A stretch of 63,827 nt of DNA, counting the filler, from Nemertoderma westbladi (lineage: Eukaryota; Animalia; Xenacoelomorpha), in the NCBI GenBank assembly GCA_032718475.1. It is 4 parts of 4 records of this genome, joined end to end, with 100 filler letters (N's around TTAATTAATTAA, not from the genome) between each part and the next. Parts side by side here need not be neighbours in the genome. Positions count along the whole stretch, not along the records: positions 22,468 to 40,955 come from JAUCBJ010001033.1; positions 41,056 to 58,689 come from JAUCBJ010004383.1; 2 more parts are not named here. One strand, given 5' to 3'. The position numbers and the translations under genes are program-made. This document shows, piece after piece, positions 35,568 to 48,707 of the stretch; positions within the stretch are counted from its first letter, which is position 1, and the number at the start of each line of letters is the position of its first letter. Below the pieces are notes generated by a model, which saw only the letters and a program-made list of their open reading frames with translations, ran no database searches and was not told the origin of the DNA.

Positions 35568-36289
35568 GTTAGATATTTTTATCGATATTGATATTCTTAT
35601 GAATTTATTTGATAATATATTGTTTGTCTTCTTGATATTTATTTTTAGTATTTTCTTAGCTTCTTATCATTTTTAAGTCCTCCGAATTTTGACCCCCTCC
35701 CCCCATATGTCACATTTTAGATAATTTGTAATACCCCCAATCCCCCAGACATGTAAATAATGTTTGTTATATCGAAAGAAATACAATATAAATTATATTC
35801 AATCATATTTTCCCACGACCAAGTCAGGTGTTCCAGACGCCATAGAAGATACTACCACTACCACTCCACTACTACTACTACTTTACCACCTACTGATTAA
35901 CCAAAATACCAGTAAGCTTACGACGTAAGCTTGCTAGTGCTTATGTGCTCAGCAAAAATAACATTAAGTATTAAACACAAACAACTAACATTCATATTAA
36001 TTATTAATATAATGAAAATGAATGAAACTAAAATTCCCCTTCATTTTAGTCATTTTCATTTATTATCCCGTTTAATATTTACCTCGTGTATTGTATTCTA
36101 AAATTGTTACTTTTTCGCTCGAATATACCCCAAAATCGGGAGAAAAAGTTTCACTAATTTTTCCCTAGGGGAAAAAAGTAACCCATTGGGTTGCATTGAT
36201 TTTACTTTTTTTCCGGCGAAAAAAAAAAGTAAAAGAAAATATTTTTGTTGGAATTTCTTAAATTGTATTACATATATTGAAAGACCATC

Positions 36290-37160
36290 GACGTAGAAAA
36301 GGTTTGCAAGTAATTTGAGCAAAATCCATTCACACACTCAAAATTTATTGAGACTTTAGTGTCTGAAAGGCGAACTCCAAAACGGAACTCAATATCCAAT
36401 ATTGATTTATGTTGTTAAGCGGCTCTCTAGTTACGTAATAAATATTCGAGAACACTAAATTATTTAACATTGAGTAAGGCAGCATCGAGAGGCAGCAATA
36501 AGCAATAAGGCAATAATAAGGCAGCAGCACACAATGTGTGTATCACAACCCTACCCTAATCTTACGCCTACCCATCTTACACTAAATGATACCGGTAGTT
36601 TACTGCACATAACTAAGCCTATATTATGTAAGAAAATATATGGCATTTTGCCGCCGCAAAAAAGAAATGGAGCAAAAACAAATAATAATTTATGTTAATA
36701 AAAAATACTTTATGAACGCCCCCTAAGGCCGCGTTCACACTACCGAGTCAAAGTCAAAAGACAAAATGTAAATCACAAAACATGAAATTTAATTTTTTCT
36801 AGAATCCCCTTATGTATTATATTAGGCCTATATAATGTATTATTTATTATTGCTAGCCACTGTAGCTATATTTATTTTCTTTTGACTTTGACTCGGTAGT
36901 GTGAACGCGGCCTAAGGCAACATCGAGAGTTGAAGAGTACAATAATATGAATCGCAGTAACTATAAGGAAGCAATATAGTAAAATACAACAGTTCAATTT
37001 ATTTTGTAACACAAGTATATCGCTCTATCTTTTATTAAAGAATTGAGCAACAAAAAGTACCAATTTAAGGATGAAATAATATTATTAATATTTTTTTTCA
37101 ATATTCTCTCGACCCTTTATTAACCTCGCTGACGCTCGGTAATTAAAATGCCTCGAGAAT
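36290..37160 (+). mobile_element. Interspersed repeat ending in a CTCG hairpin; second copy at about 17865-18300
   Basis: Colinear blocks GTAATTTGAGCAAAATCCAT, GTAAGGCAGCATC, AAAAAGTACCAATTTAAG and ATTCTCTCGACCCTTTATTAAC occur at both loci. Confidence 0.7.
36727..36912. mobile_element. PIF/Harbinger-like MITE
   Basis: Perfect TIR GGCCGCGTTCACACTACCGAGTCAAAGTCAAAAGA with TAA TSD. Confidence 0.9.
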
Positions 37161-38068
37161 TAATAGTTAAAAACGCCACGGCCATGGGGCCCCTCTGTCA
37201 CAAAATGCCACGCCAGCTCGACCCCACTCCACCCCACCCTAGTGCGTGACATACTTTATGAACGCCCCCTTAACCCAAAATTGGTTGCCTCAAAAAGTGG
37301 CGCCTCATTCTTGACAGAAATTGAGACATAATGTGATAATGATATCGAAAATAGCAGATTGAGAAATGTAATTTTTTTGAAATTCAAAAATCGACATTTA
37401 CGAAAGTGAAATCATTCAAACTCTAAATCTTATACGTCTATGCTATCTCATCGCTATAACAACAAATACACAAATTTTTGTTATGGTGTTGTTTCTTAGT
37501 TGGAAATGGAAACCTCATCCTCGATGTTGTAAAAAGTTGTCATTTGGAAGGTTACTGCTACTGGGGTTACTGGAACTATGTTTGGTCTGTTTCTGTCAAC
37601 CGAACCACCGGCCGCCAATAGCCTAGGTCCACCTGGTGCTAAAATTACTTTTATACAGAAATCAAGCAATACACTGCGGTTGTAGCTAAATGCGTTGTCT
37701 TCCATTTTCACTTTTCAAAATTAGCCATTGGAATTCGACTTTTTGGACATTATTGGACTTTAGGGACATTGCCACATTGTTTTAATTTTCTAAACCAAAT
37801 TGCGATTTTATAAATTTTTTCTAATCGTTTAGAAAGTTTTCACTGTGAAAATTTAGAAAAAGTTGAAGTTGCTATGGCAATAACAATCCCCACCTCTACC
37901 AGACTCAATTAGGGGCAATAGGGGGCTACCGATTCAATTTTTATAATATTTAGCAACTTAATAACGATATTTTATTTTATTATTTATTTATTTTAAATAC
38001 GACTTCAAATTGTTCAATTATAATAATTTAATAAGTAATAATTGTATGTTATCATTATTTTCCCCCAG

Positions 38069-38289
38069 TTTGAAGCGGCGTGGGCCCTGACTAACATCGC
38101 ATCCGGTACCTCAGCCCAGACCCGCACCGTTATAGAGGCCGGCGCGGTGCCGGTCTTTGTGAGTTTGTTGCACTCGTTAGCGGAAGACGTCCAAGAACAG
38201 TCTGTGTGGGCGCTCGGGAACATAGCAGGCGACAGTCCCGAGTGCAGAGACTTCGTTCTAAGTCTCGGTATAATGGAGCCGCTACTCGC
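38069..38289 (+). CDS. KPNA1: Importin-alpha exon 4
   Basis: cccccag|[15 protein letters not shown]...[19 protein letters not shown]...PLL|gtaagt, phase 2. Confidence 0.95.
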
Positions 38290-38476
38290 GTAAGTTCAGT
38301 TATAATCATAATAATACTTACAGTTAGAAGGTTTTTTTGATAATTAAACCACCACCAATAGTTTTATTGTGGTGGGATTGGTTCTTTACACTTGTTGTGG
38401 TCCATTGAAGTCTCTGTAATGGCCGGAAAACAAAGTTATGGGTTTCATATTATGCATCTTTTGGAATCTTCTATAG

Positions 38477-38582
38477 ATTGCTGGAAAGACAAGACCCAAG
38501 TCGCCATTCAATGTTAAAGAACGCTGTCTGGTGTCTGTCGAACCTCTGTCGGGGAAAGAGTCCCCCTCCCGACTTCAATAAG
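38477..38582 (+). CDS. KPNA1: Importin-alpha exon 5
   Basis: ctatag|[35 protein letters not shown]|gttggt; phase 2/0. Confidence 0.92.
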
Positions 38583-38829
38583 GTTGGTAGTCTAATAATC
38601 TATAACTAGTACATGGTGAGTGCAGAACAGGGCGGTAGAACCGGGAGAACCCTAAATTACCGATCGAATATCTTTCCGATATTTTTTCCGCGCGAGATGC
38701 TCCTGATTTCCCTTGGATTATTAAATAACTTAAACGAACTAATCACGTACGACTGAACATTTATATCAAACACATCGCCTGGGAAATAATATCTCAAATA
38801 CTAAATATTCACATTTACATATTATCTTG

Positions 38830-39022
38830 AGAATGAACCCGTGTGGCGGTGAATGAACCTGTGTGGCGGAGAGTGAACCTGTGTGGCGGCGAATGAACCT
38901 GTGTGGCGGTGAATGGACCTGTGTGGCGGTGAATGGACCTGTGTGGCGGTGAATGGACCTGTGTGGCGGTGAATGAACCTGTGTGGCGGTGAATGAACCT
39001 GTGTGGCGGTGAATGAACCTGT
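38830..39022. repeat. 20-bp intronic minisatellite (GAATGAACCTGTGTGGCGGT)n
   Basis: About 9 tandem units. Confidence 0.95.
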
Positions 39023-39383
39023 TGGCGTTGGGGTAGGAGGAAATTCCATTGGGGGAATCTATAACAACAATAATATGATATTTGCTGATATTTGCGGCAA
39101 TGTTGGAGGTAAATTAAGAATAAATAATAGATTTTTAAATTTTATTTCGAGAAATTAAAAAATATATTATAATATTATAGGTTTATTAGATATTGATATT
39201 AATCTTTATTTTTCCCCTTCGATTCTCAATTCTACAATATTCCCAATCTCGTTTGTTGCCCCCCCCCCCCCCCCCCCCCCCCCCAACTGCGCTTTTACCG
39301 TAGTTTTGGTTTGGTTCTCGTTATCCCACCTTTTCAGAGAATGAACTATTTTTTAATTTCTCGCATAGTTTTTGGCACATTAA

Positions 39384-40257
39384 GGGGGGGTATACCCCCC
39401 CATGAACCTTTTTTTAAAATGGCTGTCAAATAGTGTTAAATGATAATATTGCTATTTTGTCATGGTCAACCACTGTATGGAAGGCCAAATAGCCTTTATA
39501 GTAAAATTTGAAAATTTGTAGCCTCCCCCTAGCGGCTGGCGGCGGAATTAAAGATTTCACTAAAATTGCTACTAGTCCCTCAATTTTGGTCCAAATTTCT
39601 TGAAACCAACTTTTTTGGACTCAGCGTGATCGACTCTACAAAAGTTATCTTATAGAATTTTTAATTAGCCATTTTTATTTTAATTAATTAATTTAATTAA
39701 TTAATTATCATATTTTTAATTAAAATTGGCTAATTATAAAAAATGGAAATATTTATCAAAATTCCATAAGATAACTTTTAAAGAGCTACCAAAGCTCGTT
39801 CGAATGAGCCATAAAAGAAGAAAATTGGTTGAAAAATGACGGAGGAGTAGTAATTTGAAAATGAAAAATGTCATTCCGAGAAAATTCCCTTCAAAGTTTA
39901 AACCGTCCCTCCAAAATTGGCTGTCTGCGTTCTGGTTGGTTAATTATTTCGGGCACGAAGGATGCACACCAACGAGCTAAAATGTTCATTACGGGGGTTT
40001 TCGGGGTCGCTGATTTCATTTCCGATGTCAGTTTTAATTTTTGGTGGAATCTAGTCTATTTGTCTGTCTGTCGGTCTTCTGTCTTTCTTACAATTTGACG
40101 GACAGACCGTCATACGGAAAAACAGTGATAACTCGTGAACTGAAAGAGGTCTCACTAAGCGGTTTTCAGATTTGTAATCCTCATTAAATTCTGCTCTAGG
40201 TGAAATAAAGAAACAACAATTTGAAAATTTTACCTGAGGGGGGGTATACCCCCCCCC
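39384..40257. mobile_element. Kolobok-like MITE
   Basis: TTAA TSD; purine-starting, self-palindromic ends GGGGGGGTATACCCCCCC. Confidence 0.7.
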
Positions 40258-40316
40258 TTAAGCACCTTTCTTTTAGTTTTGATATACGATTAGTTCCCGT
40301 ATTATTTATGGATTAG

Positions 40317-40480
40317 GTACGATGTTGTCTACCGGTCCTCGCTAGACTCATCTACTCGAGCGACTCAGACATTCTATCGGACGCGTGCTGGGCCCTCAGT
40401 TACTTATGCGACGGTCCCAACGAAAAGATTCAAGCAGTTATCGACAGTGGAGTGTGTCGACGACTTGTGGAGTTACTGAT
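40317..40480 (+). CDS. KPNA1: Importin-alpha exon 6 (gene incomplete beyond this point)
   Basis: attag|[54 protein letters not shown]|gtgagt. Confidence 0.93.
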
Positions 40481-40590
40481 GTGAGTAGAATTATTGGGGT
40501 ACTGTAAGTAGAGTTACTGATGTGAGTAGAATTATTGGGGTACTGTAAGTAGAGTTACTGATGTGAGTAGAATTATTGGGGTACTGTAAG
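40470..40590 (+). repeat. 41-bp triplication spanning the exon 6 splice donor
   Basis: (GAGTTACTGATGTGAGTAGAATTATTGGGGTACTGTAAGTA) x3. Confidence 0.95.
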
Positions 40591-40955
40591 TTAGGGATGC
40601 GACAGAGCTAAAATTTTCTCCGGAGCCGGAGCCCGGAGGTTCCTCCGGGTTACAATATGAGCTCCGGCCGGAGACGGAGCCGGAGCCGGAGGTTGGTGAT
40701 TGATAATTCCAGTGTATTATTATAGTAGACATTAACAGATATGTGTCCATGAGACATGGGGGGGGGGGGGGGGGGGGGGGGGATTTGATGTAATTTCTTA
40801 CTCGACGAATTAATATCTCGCCTCAATGTTAAATTATCAATCAAGGGAAATGAGCAATTTACAGTCGCATACTATTCTAATCAAAACAATAAACTAACTA
40901 TATTTAATATAACAGGTTACAGTTTTTTTTTGGTAGTAATCAGCAGTTATTTGCT

Positions 40956-41055
40956 NNNNNNNNNNNNNNNNNNNNNNNNNNNNNNNNNNNNNNNNNNNNT
41001 TAATTAATTAANNNNNNNNNNNNNNNNNNNNNNNNNNNNNNNNNNNNNNNNNNNN
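40956..41055. other. Artificial contig linker
   Basis: N-run containing TTAATTAATTAA. Confidence 0.98.
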
Positions 41056-43142
41056 CTGCCAATTTAACAGCAAGCAATACGACACTGGTTGGGAATTAAT
41101 AGGGGGATGTTTTGAACAGTAGTGGGTAATTCAGTGTAAATAAATAAAATTGCTCTTCCAAATTTTAAACAACTTAAATTTATCCTGAGTGGAAAATAGT
41201 GTTGTAATTTAGAGAACTGGAGCAGAGCCCCACCCCCCATATTTTATTTTTAGAAGAAATTCGACTGATTACCGGCTATTTATCGTATCATAATTGATAC
41301 GATTGATACGAGATAATACGAGATATAATCGATACGAGAGCACAGATCATTTTTCTCAGAGTATAAATAAATACCAGGATACCATCTGATACTGATTGAT
41401 AACGACCTTAAGTTGTTCTGCCAAAGCTCTCTCAAGTGGATCTAAATTAAGTTCTGCCGTTTGTGTATTATTTTAATTTGTTTTATTATTTATTTATTTA
41501 TATATTTTATATTGTGTATTCATCCTTATTTTATTTCATAATATTATTATTTATTCACAATGTGTTTTTATTATCTGTAATATCTGCTTTTAAGTACAGC
41601 AGTACAGGACAGGTAGCATTATTGTCAATGATAATGCCAGAGCTAATATGTACATACTTTAGTGTTTAAACGGGATCAAACTTTTCGGGATTTCCGGGAT
41701 TGGGACCGGGATTATTACTCTCGGGATCCCGTCTTACGGGATCAGGATTGCAATTTTGGATTAAGTTCCTTAAGGTTAATAGTATATGTATTACAGTTTA
41801 TTTATTATTTATTATATTTTACAGTGAGATTATGTATTAGTAATAATCGGGAAGTAGTTTTCGCGTGACGTTGATCGAGCATTGTAATTCAGTAATTATG
41901 TACAGATGATGTTTGTTGTGTGATGTGATGTGATAAAAGATCGATTTTTGTTGTTGTTGTGGATTTCCCACATTAATTTCTTGGATGTTTAGAGTCGGTG
42001 TAGTGTAGTTGTTCTATCGGTGGTGGTATATATGTTAAGTTGTTCATAAAACATAACTATCATGGCATTTGGCAGTGAGCCACACTGAATGAATATATTG
42101 TGGACAACCTGATTAACACAATAAACAAAAATGAAAAAAATATATAAGCCTTGTATAAATAAATAAAATAGGCCCCTAATCTGCTAATGCAGTTAATAAA
42201 TAAATAAATAATAGCCATAAATGGAAACTGCCCAAAATTAAGCTAAATTTCTTATGTTATTACAATAGTTGACTGGGTTGAGGCCTGCGCATGCCCAACT
42301 AAGAACTAACCCTAACCGTACAGCCATATATACATATGCTGTATGTACGTACCGTACAGTACAGTATAGGTGCAGTATGGAGTCTGACTGCCAGACTGCT
42401 GGACTGTTACTAAGGCCTTTTATCTTTCACTAAAAAATCAATAAAAGGTATTCAGATTTGTCAAAATTTCACTGAAATTTCGCTTCGCTCCCGTTTTTTA
42501 CTATTCAGAGCACTCTTAGTAAGGATTTCACTAGGTGCGTGCTAGGACTAGGGGTATGGCATGGGGCATAAATGGCATAGGGCAATCCAGGCATAGCCAG
42601 GTCAACCAGCGTAGAGTGAGTAAAACGATCGTAACATAATCGTTATGCAAACAGATTTGAACCTACTGCCCATGCTAATGCTATGCCCATATTAGGGAAA
42701 TAAATTGGCGAAAAGCATGCCCACTTAAGATTAATATTTTAACAGTGATCAAATTTGTATCAAAAAGCGGGCACACCAACTTTACAGATTATTATACATT
42801 TTATTGATTAAAAGTCTAATTGAATAGCCTAATCAATATTGAAACCATTAGCATCTAAATAGATTGTAATGGTGTACTTGGCTGCTTGGTTTGTGTTTGA
42901 TTAATAAATAATGCCAGTAAGAAAATGTTAGTAAAATCGTCGCTCGAACTTTCAGCTTCAGGCGACGATTTTGTGGTACCTCTGAACGATTCACCATATA
43001 CAGCAATGTAATAATATCAACTTATAATAAATATTAATTAGTCAGCAGATTTAGTAAAAAATCTATTTAATTATTAAGGCAACAATAAAAAGCGCAAATA
43101 ACTTAAACTTCATGATTTGAGAAATCAAGATTCTAAAAAACA

Positions 43143-43183
43143 GCTGACGTTTCGATTTATTTAACAATAATCATTATCAAAGC
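43143..43183 (-). ncRNA. Putative minimal type I hammerhead ribozyme (Penelope-like element relic)
   Basis: Minus strand GCU-UUGAUAA-U-GAUU(loop)AAUC-GAAA-CG-UC-AGC: stem I GCU/AGC, stem II GAUU/AAUC, GUC cleavage triplet, palindromic ACGU in place of stem III. Confidence 0.5.
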
Positions 43184-44040
43184 AAAAACAAATAAATACC
43201 TGAAAATTAGTGAAAGATAGTACGAAATACAAAATACATTAATAAGGCTGGTGGAGATTGCAATAACAATACAAAAAAACAATTTACAAAATAATGGGTG
43301 TGGCTAGTGTGCAAAAAAAGGTTGTAATTGAATATGGAAGGCGTGTACAGTAGTACTACAGAAACAACAGAGCGGATAGTATAAGACAGCCTGACAGTCC
43401 AGTACGAAAGTCAGGAGGCTACGCTCGCAATATAATCACATCTGTAGGGTCTATTTGAAAACAGTAAAATTAAGTAAAAGTAAAAAAAAAACAGGAAAAC
43501 AGTGAAATTCTGAATATTACAGTATTACTGTATTAACCTTAAAATTTCTGCAAAATTTTCTTGCTCGCTACGCTCTGACGTGGATTTTAACATGGAAATG
43601 CGAGCGTCAGACTGACGCTCGCATTTCCATGTTAAATGAATTCATCTGTCCGTATTTATCTTTTCAGCATGTTGCGCGAAGGCCTGAATAGTTTCAAAAG
43701 CCCTTTTCAGTATTTATAATGCAGCAAGAACAGAAGAATGCCTCAACTTAAGCGTTTTGACAGCTCGTTTCAGTATTTGTGATGCTGCGCGAAGGCCTCT
43801 AAATAGATTTTGTGGGGGTGAAATGAACATAAGAACCCAGCGTTCATGTCAATATTGACATTAGATGTCAATATTGACATGCAATAAAACATATCATTAA
43901 AATTATTACAAACAACAATATACATTGGTTGGATTCAACAATATTTTAATTAATATAGATATTCTCTTTACAAAAAAACATTTTTTACTTTTAAAATCAC
44001 AATACTTAAAAAATTTATGATCAACATGTCAATAGGCCTA

Positions 44041-44935
44041 TAGGGTTCGATCGGTGCACCGGCACCGGCACCGGTATTGCCGGTGTTTGGCACCACCGGC
44101 ACCGGCACCTGCACCGGCAAAAACATTGCCGGTGCCGGTGTTTTTTAAAATGATTGGCTGCTGTTAAAATTGAAGCCTACTGCAGTACCGGTACTGCAGA
44201 CAGCCTGGCTAAGCTATCAGTCAGCTACAAGGCTATAGCTGTTTGACTGTCTGTCTACTGGTCTAGCAGTCTAGTTACTTGACTAGTGGTCGGGTAGCCC
44301 AGAATCATAACGCCTTACTTAGTGTAAACAGTGTACTTAGCGCCTTACTTATTTCTGTATTTTATGTAATACCCGTATATAAATACTGTAGGCCTAGGCC
44401 TACTGTAACTGTACACATATAATTTTAATGCAATCGTTTTATTTAAACTTTTATATTCATTTTATTGTAAAGCTAAACCATTTTATATAAATGCGTGACA
44501 TCATAATTTTACAGTATTGTACAGTTGTAGAATTGTACGTACTTGTTGCTCTGCTGCTGTACCCGTGTGCTGGGCAGCTGGGTTAAGCTATTACAATATT
44601 AATTCAGAAATTGCTCAGTACATACTGACATAGTCTGATAGTCGGCCAGCTACTGAGCTACTGTACCTTCTGTCAATCTGTGACTGTGGTACTTTACTGC
44701 ATCACTGCCTCATTTCTGCATTTCATTAGGTGACAGGGTTAGGCTGTTAGGTGTGCGTGTGGCCTAATGTAATAGACATAGATTACACAAAAATTTATAT
44801 TTCGTTTTCAAATAGAATTACGCCAAATTTGCCCAACATTTAAAAACACCGGCACCGGCACCTGCACCGGCATTTACAATGTGACACCGGCACCGGCACC
44901 GGCACCGGCAAAATTTTGGCACCGATCGAACCCTG
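44041..44935. mobile_element. hAT-like MITE with (CCGGCA)n subterminal repeats
   Basis: TIR (T/C)AGGGTTCGATCGGTGC with 8-bp TSD TAGGCCTA. Confidence 0.9.
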
Positions 44936-45092
44936 TAGGCCTATTGACTGATTGACATCATGTCAATTTTGACATGGAACATGTCAATATTGTCAACATG
45001 TCAATATTGACAAAGTGCCCGACTGCTACCGGTAGCGGTAGGCCTATCATCTATCAGATTACCGGGTACCGGCAAACGGGCAAAATGACCGG

Positions 45093-45629
45093 CAGTCGGG
45101 GAGAAGTTCAAATTTCAACTGAGTTGAAATTTAAAACTTTTTTTTTTAATTCAACTTTTAAGTTGTAAATTTAACTCTAAAATGGCAGGAGGTGCAGAAG
45201 GCCCCCAAGACGTGACAGTAGAAGGGGTGTTTTCTTTGTTTTTATGGATGTAACTCGAAAAATTAACCCTCATTACCGATGGAATAAAACCTTTTACCGT
45301 CGGGAACACTATTTTTTAAAACATTTTAAGTGATTACATTTGCAAATACGCTGAAATACTACGGGCAGACGGGAATTTATTAGATGTAGGCCTATTTAAT
45401 TACCGCTGAATGTCATAATTATTATACAATGGAATAAGGGACCTACCAGTAATGGATTCCAATTCCATATTTCAGTATTTCCAAAGCTACTCCAAAAGTT
45501 GAATTTAAAAAAAAAGTTGAATTTTAAACTCTAGGCCTACTCCAAAAGTTGAATTTTAATAAAAAGTTGAATTTTAAAAAATAAAGTTGAAATTTCAACT
45601 CAGTTGAAAATATAACTTCTCCCCGACTG
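45093..45629. mobile_element. TIR MITE with 5-bp TSD
   Basis: TIR CAGTCGGGGAGAAGTT...TTCAACTGAGTTGAAATTT; TSD ACCGG. Confidence 0.8.
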
Positions 45630-45651
45630 ACCGGTACCGGTATCAACTTAC

Positions 45652-45977
45652 TGAATTTCTATATTTCTTTCATTAGAATGAGCAACATCATCTTTCTTCC
45701 CCACGAGCACTGGGTTGTCGTTGTGGCGTGAAGGAACCTTCAAACTCTTCTTAGATTTAGCGGATTTTATCGGCGTTGGCATACAACTAACAACAGACAA
45801 CGGTTTTGCGTCGGGAATGGGCAACACGGGAGAAGATCCCTTCGAACTGGCGTTCCCTGTACCTCCAGCACCCTCGCTTGTATCAGCCCTACTGACGCGA
45901 GACTGACTCCCAGAATGTTTCGGTTTAAAGAACCCAAATGTTGATCGAACTCCATGTTCACGTTTTTGGCCTCTCAT
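45652..45977 (-). CDS. Possible first coding exon of an unknown or transposase-derived gene
   Basis: 109-codon open frame in non-repetitive, higher-GC DNA, with a consensus GTAAGT donor overlapping its stop; no downstream exon recognised. Confidence 0.3.
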
Positions 45978-46754
45978 TACTGCATTACTACAGCATTAGT
46001 ACCGGTACCGGTAGGCCTACTGCATTATAACAGTATAATGCTGTAATGTACCGGTAATGTTATATTATAGGCCTAGGCCTATTCAGCTATTGCAGTATTG
46101 CTGTATTCCAGTATTCAGGTAGTCAGGTATTGCTGTATCTGTGTATTGCAGTATTCTGGTATTGTCCGATTGTAGGCCTACACTACTGCTGTACTCTGGT
46201 ACTGGCTGACCGGTACCGGTATATAACAGAGCAATCCTGCAATCAGTTCCTGTCATCATCAGTGACATCCTGATAATACCGGTAATTAATTTAATTTGTC
46301 ACAAATAGGTTGTTTGTGTCCCATATAAGGTGTTGTTTCCCATATAGGGTGTTTTTGTCCCAATCCCAAATAGCGTGTGAATTTCTCAAAATGATTTTAC
46401 ATAGTTTATAAATGTAATGGAATACTCAAAAGAATATACTGATATAGAATTCACTATCATACTGTAGGCCTATCAGCCTATAGCTTTAATTTAAATTTGT
46501 CCCAAATAGGTTGTTTGTGTCCCATATAAGGTGTTTCTGTCCTGAATAGGGTGTAAATTTCTTATAATGATTTTAAATATTTTCTAAATGTAATGGAATA
46601 CTCAAAAGAATATCGAATTCACTATCAGAGCTTTAATTTAAATTTGTTCCAAATAGTATGTTTGTGTCCCATACAGCCATAGGCCTATAGGGTGTTTGTG
46701 TCTTTAATTGGGTGTACATGGCGTCGGTGTTGTGTTCCTCGGCTATCGCGATAG

Positions 46755-47137
46755 GGGGCCGTCCAAGTATGACGTCTGCACTTTTCCCCAAAATGTTGAC
46801 CCCCTCCCTCCCCTAAATCAGATGTCATCAGATAGGCGTTGACCTCCCCCCCCCCTCCCCCCCCCTAAATCAGATTAAAAAAAATTTCGCGTCCTAATCA
46901 CTGAAACATGGTGACTGGTAACTGAAACAGAAGGTTGTGCTACGGGCCTTCGGGGGCTTCGAACAATTAAAATAGGCAAGCTATTTACTCTTCTGCTATA
47001 TCTCTTCTAGCACCTATAAATGAACATGCTGACGTCAGATTTTGGCTGACCCCCTCCCCTCCCCTCATCAGCACGTCATCAGATTTTCCCAACCCCCCTC
47101 CCCCCCTAAAGTGCTGACGTCATACTTGGACGGCCCC
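46755..47137. mobile_element. PIF/Harbinger-like MITE (copy 2)
   Basis: Same TIR as 12930-13259; TSD TAG. Confidence 0.88.
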
Positions 47138-47519
47138 TAGCTCACTGGCTAAACACACAACATGCCGTCACCTTCAAGGCAGAACCCCCTAAGTAGATTT
47201 TTTTCGATTTTCATGTTTTTGACTTTTTGGGTAATTCGATATCGGCTTTTTCGTCTGGCAGAACCCCGAAGCTTTTCTACTAGCCATTTTTGAGTTATAA
47301 GCCAAAGACAGTTCCCCGTAACTTATGCCCACTTCGAGGCAGAACCCCACAAGTCAATAATTGGCTTGCAAAACACCGTAAATTCAAGTATATGAAGTTC
47401 AGTCCACCTGACAAAACCCCTTAAATCAGAAATAACAACCTGTAAAACCCCTTATATCAGAAACAATAACCTGGCAAAACCCCGTAATTTCTCATTTATA
47501 TACTGGTTTGTATTGCGGC

Positions 47520-48110
47520 CATGACACAAACATTATTGAGGGAACACAAACATTAATCTGGGATACAAACATTAATCAGGGACACACATTAAGTGGTACA
47601 AACATTAATAAGGGACAATAACATTAATTAGGGACACACATTAATCAAGGGCACCATACATTAATAAGGGACACAGATATTAATCAGGGTCACAAACATT
47701 AATGAGGGACACACAATAATGGACACAAACATTAACGAGGGACACAAACATTAATGAGGGACACACATTAATGAGGGACTTACATTAATAAGGGGCACAA
47801 ACATTAACGAGGGACACAAACATTAATGAGGGACACACAGTAATCAGGGAGACGAACATTAATGAGGGACGCAAACATTAATGAGGGACACAATGAATTA
47901 ATGAGGGACACAAACATTAATGAGGGATACAATCATTAATGAGGGACACAAATATTAATGAGGGACACACAGTAATCAGGGAGACAAACATTAATGAGGG
48001 ACACAATGAATTAATGAGGGGCACAAACATTAATGAGGGATACAATCATTAATGAGGGACACAAACATTAATGAGGGACACACATTAATCAGGGGCACAA
48101 ACATTAATAG
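47520..48110 (+). repeat. 22-bp tandem array (GAGGGACACAAACATTAAT core)
   Basis: Direct tandem units; inverted partner at 48708-49400. Confidence 0.95.
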
Positions 48111-48707
48111 GGGTGAATGGTTGCCAATGGATATTAATATGAGCGATGGTGATGCTTGCCATCAGACGATCAGATATTAAGTGATTAACTGAAAAAATAC
48201 TACCATGGGAACGTGAGCTTCGATCAAAGTAGCGCCGCTTTGTACACATTCCATCTACCTAATTAGATGGAAATTAATTGAAAGCGACGTTTGGTTACGT
48301 TGTTCAGCTGCCTGTTTTGCTGCTACGCCCCACACACCCCCCCGGCTGTTATACCCCCATATTTTCAATTTACCTCCTACCCCCACCATTCATATTACCC
48401 CCCCCCCCCCATTCCTGTCTCCCCTTCATGTTCATCATTTTTTTACTCCTCCCCTTATTAGTAACAACATCGTTTATTGTTTTGGTTAGAAAAAACCATC
48501 TCTGTAACCTGATCCTTTCCCTCAATTGGTAATAACATAGATTATTGGTTTGGTCAGATTAATATGTTATTATTTATCGTTGTTATTGTATTGCTTGACA
48601 GTAATGAGAATTGTAATACTGTAATATATTGTATGTGTATGGGTGGTAACAGGAATTATACTAAGTGCCATGGGGGGTAACATGAATGGAATGGAATGAT
48701 GGTGCCC

